A stretch of 64,000 nucleotides of DNA, from positions 1 to 64,000 of the forward strand of contig NIVC01001233.1 in the NCBI GenBank assembly GCA_002269645.1, given 5' to 3'. Within the stretch, counting starts at the first letter, position 1; each line of letters opens with the position of its first letter. The translations under genes were made by a program, and so were the position numbers. This document shows positions 26,491 through 36,950 of the stretch, piece after piece. The notes under the pieces were generated by a model. The model saw only the letters and a list, made by a program, of their open reading frames with translations, was not told where the DNA came from and searched no databases. Origin of the DNA: Macrostomum lignano. Taxonomy: Eukaryota.

Positions 26491-27357
26491 TACTTTAATT
26501 TCTACTTTATTTTTATTTCACCCAAATATTCATTCGTTCAAGTAATCGATCAGAACTCGTCAAATTCATTTTCGCAATCTTTTTAAACATTAAAAAATTG
26601 CTGTTGAAGGTGAATGGAACACTTTTTTTCGAAAGTAGGAGAGCATTGTAAGATGGTTGATTGGTTGATTGCATGTCAACATGTCAACGAATACCTCATA
26701 ATCCAATGCCCGACACAAGCAGACATCCGGGCGGAGGTCCTCGGACCAAACCCGTCACTGTCCGTCATCGCAGACGGCTGCCGCGTGCTCGAGTACCTCC
26801 AGAGGATAGGGGCGCGTCTCCCGGACTAGCTCTGGCCGGGAACCACCACCACCACCACCACCACTGCCGTTTCGTTAACTGGGTTGATGAAGTGACCAAA
26901 CGAGTGGTTCCTTTCCATTTGTGGACGAGTTAGTTGACGAGATGGCAGTTGAAAAAAATAAACTAGGAGCAAAAAATCTGCAGACCCATTACGTCCACAC
27001 TGAATCTCGTCCCTTAGTTTCCGCGCTCACAACAGGGAGAGTTCCAATTTCGAGCTACCAGTCAAAAGTGCGACACTTACTCGCACATAAATCCTCATCT
27101 GATGTTAGTTCTTTTTCGATTACTTAACCTGAATCACCATTGTGATGCGAATGTGACTTGTACTTTTGCGTTTCAGAGTTGAGACCCTGAACTAAAAAAG
27201 CCAAACGCTGAAGTACTGACGCGGTTGAGAGAAAGAAAACAAAAATTAGCACCAAACCCTTTTTGATGTGCAGATGTTCGTCCCGAATCGGGGAAAACCG
27301 GCTGAGTCCGGTTTCCTCTTGCCCCTTGTGCCCCTCTCCGCCCCCTTGGCCTGGCCT

Positions 27358-27575
27358 CCAATATAGAGCTGGTTAGGTGACACCCTTGTGGCTTGCAGCC
27401 CTATAGGTATCATGGTCACTGCCTGATAGGAGACTCGCCCTCGGAGCCTTCCAGACTCATTCCAATATAGAGCTGGTTAGGTGACACCCTTGTGGCTTGC
27501 AGCCCTATAGGTATCATGGTCACTGCCTGATAGGAGACTCGCCCTCGGATACAAGCCTTCCAGACTCACTCCAAT
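27358..27575. repeat. ~105-bp direct tandem duplication
   Basis: ccaatatagagctggttaggtgacacc...gagactcgccctcgga starts at 27358 and 27462, with a partial third start at 27571. It lies inside a block (~27130-27935) absent from the homologous region upstream of EGF-TM copy 1. Confidence 0.85.
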
Positions 27576-28303
27576 ATTAAGCCATTTCCGAGACTTCAGA
27601 GTCTCCCCGCTCTCGGACCGCTTATCAGTAGTAACCCAAGCATTTTTCATTCCAATTCTTTTTTCGCGCACTTCCGGGACTTATCTGCTGGGTGGTGGCC
27701 TGAGTGGACTCTGTCCTAGCACCGTCCCTGATTCCACTTTTGGGTTGGCGGTGTCTTAGCCCATAGGCTTGGGTTAGTAGCTCCAATGCTCCATGCTCTC
27801 CCCAGAGTCCTGAGCTCTGGTTCCAATAGTGGCCTCTCGGGCTTAAAGCCCCCTGGTAGTATGGCCCACAGCTAGATCCATGCGGCAGAGCCCCCTAGGG
27901 CTGATCCGTGGGCAGCGCTTCTCCTCCCACCCCCGTTTAACAACAAGCAACCTTATTCGAGTTTTTTTGGGCTACTTTGTACAACACAGCTTGTAAAGTA
28001 AATTACTGACAAGCATATCTCTAATCATTCGCATATAGTTGCGTGGGCATTCGCACCGAGGGTAGGGCGAAGAACGCGGACTGGCGGCTTTTACTTTGTG
28101 GAAAATCTGTCTGTCTAGCCCTCGCCCACGCTTAATTAGCACAGTGTGAACTCTGTTACTTCAATTGGGGGCGGGAAAGTTTCACTGGCAAATATGTCAC
28201 TCTGCCATGCAATCCTCCATCCTGCTAAAAGCGAGAGCATTACTTAAACTTCGTGTCGCCACCTGTTGATGGACTAACAAGTGAAAGCCAACAAGCGCAA
28301 GTC

Positions 28304-28729
28304 ATGAGTACATTTACGCTGCTGAAGAATTGCACCGAAAGCCAACTGCAAATCCTCCGGGACATGTACGGCAGCGTCTGTCTGGAGGGCGGTTTCTGTC
28401 AGGTGAAAGTTTGCATAATCGGCCAGGCGCTGACAAAAGTGAGAGTCTTCTGCCAGTGCCCCTCGGGCTGGACCGGAGACGTCTGCGACGAGCCGGACTA
28501 CGTGCCCATGGTGGGCGCGAGCTCGGCGCGGACTATGAATAGCGAAACCGGACTTGGCTTCGGCTGGCTCATCTGTCTGGTGGTGACGGCAATGCTGCTT
28601 GCCCAGCTCTTTGCCGTCATCGTAATGCTGATTTTTAGCAGCCGTCGACGCGGTCTTGGATCGTTGAAAGGCGCCGAAGCCAACCAAAAACAGCCAACGG
28701 AAGCTTCGGCCCTGAGACTATGCAGATAG
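28304..28729 (+). CDS. EGF-domain single-pass membrane protein, copy 3; 141 aa unspliced or 133 aa if 28403-28426 is spliced
   Basis: The EGF module is identical in amino acids to copy 1, followed by a different TM (GWLICLVVTAMLLAQLFAVIVMLIF) and SSRRR. A 24-nt GT..AG segment sits at the homologous intron position. Confidence 0.85.
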   Translation: MSTFTLLKNCTESQLQILRDMYGSVCLEGGFCQVKVCIIGQALTKVRVFCQCPSGWTGDVCDEPDYVPMVGASSARTMNSETGLGFGWLICLVVTAMLLAQLFAVIVMLIFSSRRRGLGSLKGAEANQKQPTEASALRLCR

Positions 28730-30087
28730 AAACGAAAAGAGACCTATTGATTAGTGCGCAGCAGCTAGATACGTGATTCGCACTAAATATGGAATAACAG
28801 TTTGCAAAGTCCGCAGTCACTTGCTTATCGGATCTTCGTCAAGAACTGAGGGTAAAACTCTGGGTGTAGGTACTCGTATTGGCAGGGTTCTTTTATTTTT
28901 ATGTGTGCCTACTCAAAATATAATCGATAGCCATCGGTAAATATTGTCGTAACCTCGGCCTTGGGTGACGAGTTCTCAGGTGTCTAAATCGTAAATACCT
29001 GAGATTTTTTAACTTATTTTACAATGACTGGGTCGTCAGCACTGTTTAGTCAGTACATGCAATTCTGGTAACTATAATCAGGCAAATTATTCCTGATGAC
29101 AATTTTGGGTTTCTGGCATTTGACTGTCATCAATTTGACCACCTGAACTGGACTGAAGACCCTAACCAAATCCCTGACCAAAACTTAAATCTGACAGTCA
29201 GATGTCACTGGCACTCCAATGTCGCTGGCACTCAAATATTACTGCTGCGGCATGAGCAGCGACGAAAACGTTGAATTATTTGTGAAAATGAACATTTTTG
29301 TAATTTAAAGTATTATAAACAGGCAAGAACTATGCGATAATTATCTTCTTATTTCGATGATATATCTTTTCACCATTTTCTACCCGTATTGTTGCACAAA
29401 ATTGTCCTTAAAATGTTTTTAATTTGTAGCAGTATTAAAGTAATGAGGCGTAAAGGCGATGGTTCTTTATTTTGCTTCGTTATTGATAATCGAGATTTCG
29501 GAAAAACTTGATTATTAGCTAGATTTGCTTGGTTTATAGAAAATTAACGGTGTTCTGGAACTTTCTTTAAATTATAACAAAGATACGGTTATTATAATAT
29601 GTACTGTAATTAATAAGGGTAAATGCGTTAAATAATAATATGGCTAATAATTAAAGTATAAGTTATGTAAAGTTTAAACGTAGAAATATTTTGCTATAGA
29701 AATTCGCGGAAAAATGGGGAAATCTTATATACTAAAGTTGAGTTTGTTTGTTTGTTTGTTTGCTTGTAACAGAAAATCTTGCGAACGGAATGACCGATTT
29801 TCTCCGTTTTTGCACCATTAGATGGCAAATTGTCCGGAATCGGTACACGTATTTTTAATAAGCTATCCAAATTAAAGAGGCCTCTTAATTGTCAGAAAAC
29901 AGGTTTTTGCCCATCTCGCTAATGTATTTTTTCGGCAGTGAGAGCTTGCAAACGGTTTTGGCCATAGATTATAATGCTAATAGCTGTAGGCTGCTTGGTT
30001 TTTATGTAGCCCACTGCTTCCTTTCCTTCTTTCTTTTCTTTGGTTTTTGAACCCTCTAATAGTGCTTTATCTATTTAGCCCCACTGT

Positions 30088-30579
30088 ATGATGGTGCGCC
30101 GTGGCGCAAGCCATTTGAAGAGAAGCCGTGACGCAAAGAAAAGACGACTGGCCGAGTCTGCTGGAGAGCGCGATGCCCGTCTGGAAGAGCAGCGGCGGCG
30201 AGACGCCGAGCGCCGCGCTGTTGAAGACGAGGCTGAGCGGTTTGTCCGTCTGGAGGAACAGCGGCAGAGACAGGCTGAGTGTCGCGTTGCTGAAGACGAG
30301 GCTGAGCGGATTGCCCGTCTGGAGGAACAGCGGCAGAGACAGGCTGAGTGTCGCGTTGCTGAAGACGAGGCTGAGCGGATTGCCCGTCTGGAGGAACAGC
30401 GGCAGAGACAGGCTTTGTTTCGCGCTGCTGAAGACGAGGCTGAGCGGATTGCCCGTCTGGAGGAACAGCGGCAGAGACAGGCTGAGTTTCGCGCTGCTGA
30501 GGACGAGGCTGAGCGGATTACCCGTCTGGAAGAGCAGCGGCAGAGACAGGCTGATTGTCGGCGCGGTGAATCTGTATAA
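30088..30579 (+). pseudogene. Truncated Helitron ORF consisting only of 23-aa STPR-like repeats (163 aa)
   Basis: Repeats of EDEAERIARLEEQRQRQAECRVA. It has one unit fewer than the copy in Helitron 2 and stops at the deletion junction GESV*. Confidence 0.7.
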
Positions 30580-30614
30580 CTGCGAGAGTATCGCTCAGTG
30601 GACAGCGTGGACAG

Positions 30615-30930
30615 TGTCAAGGCCTACTGGGGGAATTGTGAGAAGTCAAGACTTACTGGAGGAATTACTGAGATTTCAAGGCTTACTGGGTGGAATTGCT
30701 GAGTTTTCAAGGCTTAATGGGGAATTACTGAGATGTCAAGGCTTACTTGGGGGAATTGCTGAGTTTTCAAGGCCTACTGGGGGAATTCTGAGAAGTCAAG
30801 ACTTACTGGAGGAATTACTGAGATTTCAAGGCTTACTGGGGGAATTGCTGAATTGTCAAGGTTTACTGGGGGAATTACTGAGATGTCAAGGCTTACTGGG
30901 GAAATTATTGAGATTTCATCAAGGCTTATG
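30615..30930. repeat. ~30-bp minisatellite (caaggcttactgggggaattactgagattt) inside Helitron 1
   Basis: About 10 degenerate copies; a single related agatttcaaggct occurs near the 3' end of Helitron 2. Confidence 0.8.
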
Positions 30931-31590
30931 GCATATTGAGCTCCTGCTGCGGACCAGAATATGCCCAGGCCAATGACGATATGCCCTAAGAGTTTGTGCT
31001 TGAAAGGATAAGTACTATTTGCTGAATGAGAAAGGGTTTTGGGCTGATGAAGGAAACTTTGGCTGGTGAAGGTTTTGATTCATGGCAATTTTTTTGCCAA
31101 AAATGAGAAAAAGTAAGTTTTGATTAATGGATTTTGAATAATAAGTAAGGTTTTTACTCATTGGCCAAAATAAAAACCACTTGGCGTCATTCTTGCGCCC
31201 CCCAACGGGGGGCTTAAATTGCTAGTCTTATATACTAAAGTTGAGTTTGTTTGTTTGTTTGTTTGCTTGTAACAGAAAATCTTGCGAACGGAATGACCGA
31301 TTTTCTCCGTTTTTGCACCATTAGATGGCAAATTGTCCGGAATCGGTACACGTATTTTTAATAAGCTATCCAAATTAAAGAGGCCTCTTAATTGTCAGAA
31401 AACAGGTTTTTGCCCATCTCGCTAATGTATTTTTTCGGCAGTGAGAGCTTGCAAACGGTTTTGGCCATAGATTATAATGCTAATAGCTGTAGGCTGCTTG
31501 GTTTTTATGTAGCCCACTGCTTCCTTTCCTTCTTTCTTTTCTTTGGTTTTTGAACCCTCCAATAGTGCTTTATCTATTTAGCCCCACTGT

Positions 31591-33806
31591 ATGATGGTGC
31601 GCCGTGGCGCAAGCCATTTGAAGAGAAGCCGTGACGCAAAGAAAAGACGACTGGCCGAGTCTGCTGGAGAGCGCGATGCCCGTCTGGAAGAGCAGCGGCG
31701 GCGAGACGCCGAGCGCCGCGCTGTTGAAGACGAGGCTGAGCGGTTTGTCCGTCTGGAGGAACAGCGGCAGAGACAGGCTGAATGTCGCGTTGCTGAAGAC
31801 GAGGCTGAGCGGATTGCCCGTCTGGAGGAACAGCGGCAGAGACAGGCTGAGTGTCGCGTTGCTGAAGACGAGGCTGAGCGGATTGCCCGTCTGGAGGAAC
31901 AGCGGCAGAGACAGGCTTTGTTTCGCGCTGCTGAAGACGAGGCTGAGCGGATTGCCCGTCTGGAGGAACAGCGGCAGAGACAGGCTTTGTTTCGCGCTGC
32001 TGAAGACGAGGCTGAGCGGATTGCCCGTCTGGAGGAACAGCGGCAGAGACAGGCTGAGTTTCGCGCTGCTGAGGACGAGGCTGAGCGGATTACCCGTCTG
32101 GAAGAGCAGCGGCAGAGACAGGCTGATTGTCGGCGGGGTGAATCTGTCACCAGGTTACCTTGTGTCGAATCTATTGTGCCCTTTAGTCAGTTGCAGGTCA
32201 ATACCACCATTGGCGATGGCAACTGCTTTTTTCATGCCGTGTGCGACCAGCTACGTGGCACACCGCATGAAACCGATGCCGCTACCCTTCGGCACGAGTT
32301 GGCCTGTCGTGCAGTTGAACTTTTGCCACAGTTGGTCGCGAATGGCATCATCGCGCCTGATTGCGCCGATGAGATTGCGAATTCCTCCTTTCAGGAAGGG
32401 GTTTATATTTCAGACGAAGTGGCAGCTCTGTTTAGTAGCTGCTTTGACATGGACCTGGTGATTTACCAGTCCAATGGTAATGTGCTGCAATATTTCAAGT
32501 GTGACAAGCAGCCTCCCAATGCCACTGTGTGTGTGCTCTTGAGTCACGAGCACTACGAGTCGCTCAGACTTCGACCGTCTCTGCAAGCTTCTTCAGGTGC
32601 AGAGTGTCCCAGGCCAATGGCAAGCGGCTCAAAGGCAGTGCCAGTTGACATCCACAGCTCATGTGCCGACATTGGAGCATCGGGTGATCATCGGTGAGTC
32701 TTCTTCATTTGTCTTTTTGATTTGAACTGCTGTCCTCACAACATGTCTTATTCCACTGTACTCACAGGCGTGCCGAGCCATTGCTGCCAGAGGCCCCGGC
32801 TCACCAGTGTGGACCAATGAACAACGCCTGCAATGACTGTGGCGCATTGTTTTGGGCCAAAGAGACGCGCAACTTCTGCTGCGCCAAGGGCAAGGTGAAG
32901 CTGCCCACCCGTACGATGCCGCAGGTCTTGGCAGATCTTTACACGGGGCAGCACCGACTCAGTGCAGAGTTCCTGGCCCACATCAGGAGCTACAATGCGG
33001 TGCTGCACCTCACATCTCTGGGTGTGAAGCTCAGAATGGTGCCTGGCTATAGTCCCAGCTTCATCATCAGCGGCCAGCTGCATCACAATATGGGGCCGCT
33101 GCTTGCCGACCCCTCAGCCGAGCCGCATGGCTGGCAGGTGTATTTTACTGACCGCGAATTGGAGAGCCGCCTGAGCCTCAGTCAGAGAGTGAAGCCGGAG
33201 CTGCTAAAGCTGCTGCAAACTCTGCTGCATCAATCCAACGGCTACGTGCAAAGCCTTCGAGCTGCTGTTCAGCGAATCAGTGGCGACCCTGAGCTGGGAG
33301 ATGCGCGAATTGTGATTCACCCGGACCGAAGACCAGCAGGGGAACACATTCGGTGAGTTTGTGGTGTCAAAATAAACTATGATGTATATATTGTATATAT
33401 ACATGATACAATATATAAAAATATAAAAATATGATTTTTCCTCAGGCGCTACAATCTTCCTTTGGCCAATGAGGTTGGCATTCTTATCGTTGGTGGCACA
33501 GAGGACGCAACGACAAATCGTGACGTTGTGATCCGACTGCGTGGTGGCCAAGTCCAGCGCATAGCCGAGACGCACCGGTCCTATGACCCTCTGGAGTACG
33601 TGCTGCTGTTCCCCAATGGCGAGGACGGCTGGCACCCGGAGCTGAAGATGGCGAATGGGCGGACGCTGACGCCCATGAAGTACTACGCCAGCGAAATCAT
33701 GGTGCGAGCTGGCCAGTTCAATGTGCTGCACCACGGCAGGCGTCTGTTCCAGCAGTACCTGGTGGACATGGCTGCCAAGATCGAGTCCGAGAGGCTGCTG
33801 TACGGT
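31591..33806 (+). pseudogene. Helitron RepHel N-terminal part: STPR-like repeats + OTU cysteine protease + Zn-binding CxxC..CC motif + pre-Rep region; exons 31591-32693, 32768-33352, 33446-~33806; truncated before the Rep motifs and helicase
   Basis: OTU motifs GDGNCFFHAV and HEHYESL; CNDCGALFWAKE..FCCAKGKVKLP; HIRSYNAVL; R|RYNLP..NEV; SYDPLEYVLLFPNGEDGW; LFQQYLVDMAAKIESERL. Two in-phase GT-AG introns of 74 and 93 nt. Confidence 0.9.
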
Positions 33807-33811
33807 TGGTA

Positions 33812-33881
33812 TTAGGGTTTAGGTTTAGGGTTAGGTTCAGGGTTATTGCGTTAAGGTTCGGGTTAGGGTTAGGGTTAGGGT
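33812..33881 (+). repeat. Interstitial degenerate (TTAGGG)n tract
   Basis: ttagggtttaggtttagggttagg...gggttagggttagggttagggt; a second short tract lies at ~34036-34058. Confidence 0.75.
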
Positions 33882-35541
33882 AGCTTATAACTTGGCTCAT
33901 TTAGCTTATTAAAAATGTTTATCATGGAAGCATCATGCAAAAATAATGGAAGCGTCATGCAAAAACAATGGAAGCGTCATGCCAAAAATCATAGAAGCAT
34001 CGATCATGCAAAAACTCATGGACAAAATATTGAATTTAGGGTTTTGGTTAGGGTTAGAATTTTGACAGGAGATTTTTTAAGATTTCAAGGCTACATGTAG
34101 CTTATTAAAAATACGTGTATTGCATTTCTTTGGCTCCCCAACGGGGGGCGTAGATTGCTAGTATCTTATACTTAATTTGGAAATTTTACTCGTACGAGCT
34201 ATAGAATGCGCGAAGGGGAAAAGGAAACTTCTAGAAGCCAGGTACGTTGGAATAACATTGCAACAAATTTAAGTTTTTTTTTTAAAAAGTCGTAGAATAA
34301 AAGGAAAATATTATTTTCAGAATAGCGAAAGCATACTTTTCATGAAAACATTTTGACTCGTCTCATAAATGAACTCAATTAATGTTTCGGAGCTGGCCTC
34401 GGAATAAAATAATTTGTTTAGCTAAATAATATACATACTAGCGTAATAATGATGCTCTTACTAAAAAAGTTACTACAAATTCTCCAATTTTTCTTGCTTG
34501 TGATCGACTTTAAATTTGAAAACTGGATTGCCCTGTCGCATTTTGATGAAATCTTCAAGTTGTATGTGTTATGACATTGATCTGATCTAGGATTTGTATT
34601 GTTACCCGTTGAATACATTTTGCGAATGCGACGTGCAAACAATTTATCTTTACGTCGCATGTTCGGGCGGTGGCATCACCAAATTTTCTGGCGCAATGCC
34701 AATGGATTAGGTAGGAGAGCCAAATAAAGAGGCAGAATCCTCACCTTGCATTTGCTATTGGCATCGCGCCAGGGGGGGGGGTACCGCTTGCGGATGCCGC
34801 TGCCCTGTCTGGGTGTAAGTTGCATATCCGGGAAAGCCTCCCAGCAAAGCAGAATTAACTGGCAGAAAGATATTTGCTAGACAGAAAAATCTTCAATTTA
34901 GCCAAGAAACTTTAACTAACAAGAATTATAATAAACTTCCAACTACAATGCTTTCTGCTTCGAACCTTAAGCCCGTGCAGATGCTTAAATACTCGTAAAA
35001 CAACATGTGTTTAATTTCCCATTCTAAATCTTATTCAGCGGCTTCTCTCTGATTTTCCCAGATCCCAAAAGAAGCGCATCTGGGCCAAAGGATGTCCAGT
35101 CGGAGTTTCAAGTCAAATCCAATCGGGTTTGAATTTGAAATCTAGTCTATTCTAGTTCTAATCTAGTCTAGTTTTTTTATCTAGTCTATACTTAATGTCT
35201 AGACTCGAAATTCCGAATGGAAAAACCCTGCGTGAAAACCTCGGCGAGACATTTCATTCTAATAGGAGCATCAAATTCAGGTGGCAAAATCAGATGCGTA
35301 TTGATTATTTGAGAGAAGACAATTATACTCGTAGTATACCATGACTGCATTGTGAATGTCTTTTTTGTTACTTTGCTTAGCCTTTGCAGTCTATGGCCCA
35401 TAGACTAGCCAAGACAACAGCCAAGGCCCTTCAGTCACAGTGTGCACTGTTGGCTAGAATTTTATAAATTCCTTATAAAGCGCGTATTAAATGCTAATTT
35501 ACCATTTTCTTCCTATATGGTTTTTACTGCGTCCAATTGAT

Positions 35542-35733
35542 AGATACTAGAATAACTAGATGGGCCACTCAGGCATACACTTAGTAAATCAGCTTTCTAC
35601 TTTCAGTTCAGTAGCAAAGAAGAATACATAAGCAATTTTATAAAAATAAAGCCAGCTGAAATGACTTTGATAAGTTTATAATCTCAAGCTTGTTGGCATA
35701 AACAGCTTGCTTATTGGTTCAGCAATAATGTAC
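35542..35733. mobile_element. Partial second copy of the 5987-6376 MITE
   Basis: Aligns with the reverse complement of ~6180-6376. Confidence 0.75.
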
Positions 35734-35999
35734 GCTCGTACTAAAAATGGTTTGTCTATCTCAGAATAAATGTGTGTGATCTATCTCAGAAAAAAACGGC
35801 TAAACCGATCTCATCTCCGAAGATCTAAATAATCTGTTGTGCATACATTAAAAGAAACGCAGTAAATTCTTTACTCGCTACTTGGTACGAGTAGTACTTG
35901 CAACTGGCAAGGATGTTGCGTCGTTTATGCCAAATATAGGAAATTAGTTCCTTAAATTCCAAGCAACCAATAGGCCGGCCTTGACTTACTAGACTTTGC

Positions 36000-36950
36000 T
36001 ACAGGGAGCATTGACCAGCGGATGCAGCGAGGAGGCGGAGGAGACCGCCCATTTCGCTAGCCCATGGCGACCAATGACTTCCGTCAAAGTGATGTCACTC
36101 AGGGGGATCCGTCAGTCTCTCCTGCAGTGCGGTCCTCCTCACCGGCGGTTGGGAAGAAATCAGCTCGTCCCGTCTCTCTGAGGTAACGTCGAAAAGAACC
36201 GGGTTTTGGCCCGAAGTGAGTGAGTCTGGCCCTGATGAAGATAAGGAAGATAAAGTGCTCAGCGTTTTTACTGGCTGAGCGACAGAAGGGGCACCGCTTC
36301 TCAGGTACCTCGCCCTGAAGGAAGCGATGGCAAGAGCAGCAGCCATGCCCAGAGAGGGCAATGCTGACTGCTCTAAGGTCGCTGCGGTTGAGTCTAGGAG
36401 GGCTCTACGTATTTGGGGAGAAACATGGGAACAGGAAGGGAGGGCAGGAAGGGGACATTATCACGGGATTGCCTGCAATTCTGAGTGTCGTGCCACCTGC
36501 GGAGATGCTCGGAATCAGCCCAGTTAAACCAGTTGATCACCGAGGCGGGGATAGGGGCCCCTGGCCCGGGCTCTAACAGTGCGCCTGCGGAACCAGCCTT
36601 GGCCAGCAGGTCAGCACACTCGTCCGAGGAAACCAACCTGGCCCGGGATCCACTTGAACTTTACCTGATTGCCCATCGCGAGCCCATTGAGCTGGGCGTT
36701 GCAGTCCAGGTGGAGTTATTGGTGCTGCACCAGAGGGCCTGAAAGGCTGCTTGGCTGTCCGAGCAAAAAATTTCCGACCGCTGAGCTGTCTGTGATGTAG
36801 CTGATGGTCGTCACATTTGAAAAAACACGTCTGGAATTGCGTCCAGTGTGCTGGGAGTGTGCTGGGGGAGTTACACTGGGACCTTAGAAAGTGAGTTTAT
36901 GGTTACATCAGGACCTCGGCGCCAACGAATCAGCTCGGCACCTTAACACC
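36000..36950 (-). mobile_element. Decayed 3' end of a non-LTR retrotransposon with an RNase H domain
   Basis: Frameshifted motifs IFCSDSQAAFQAL (~36740-36775), VKFKWIPGQVG (~36631-36665), ECADLLAKAG (~36592-36621) and W..TQNCRQSR, typical of the region after RT in RNase H-bearing LINE clades. Confidence 0.68.

Larger units (their letters stand above)
29723..31225 (+). mobile_element. Non-autonomous Helitron 1
   Basis: A|TC 5' end (tcttatatactaaagttgagtttgtttgttt...), 3' hairpin gcccccc-aac-ggggggc (31197-31213), then CTAG at 31222-31225. 29723-30577 is nearly identical to the start of Helitron 2. Confidence 0.9.
31226..34161 (+). mobile_element. Internally deleted Helitron 2
   Basis: Starts with TC immediately after the CTAG of Helitron 1. 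The 3' hairpin gctcccc-aac-ggggggc (34133-34149) is followed by CTAG|T at 34158-34162. Confidence 0.92.

Noticed and set aside
33812-33881. True chromosome end
   Set aside because: The tract is short, degenerate and embedded inside a Helitron, with ordinary genes on both sides.
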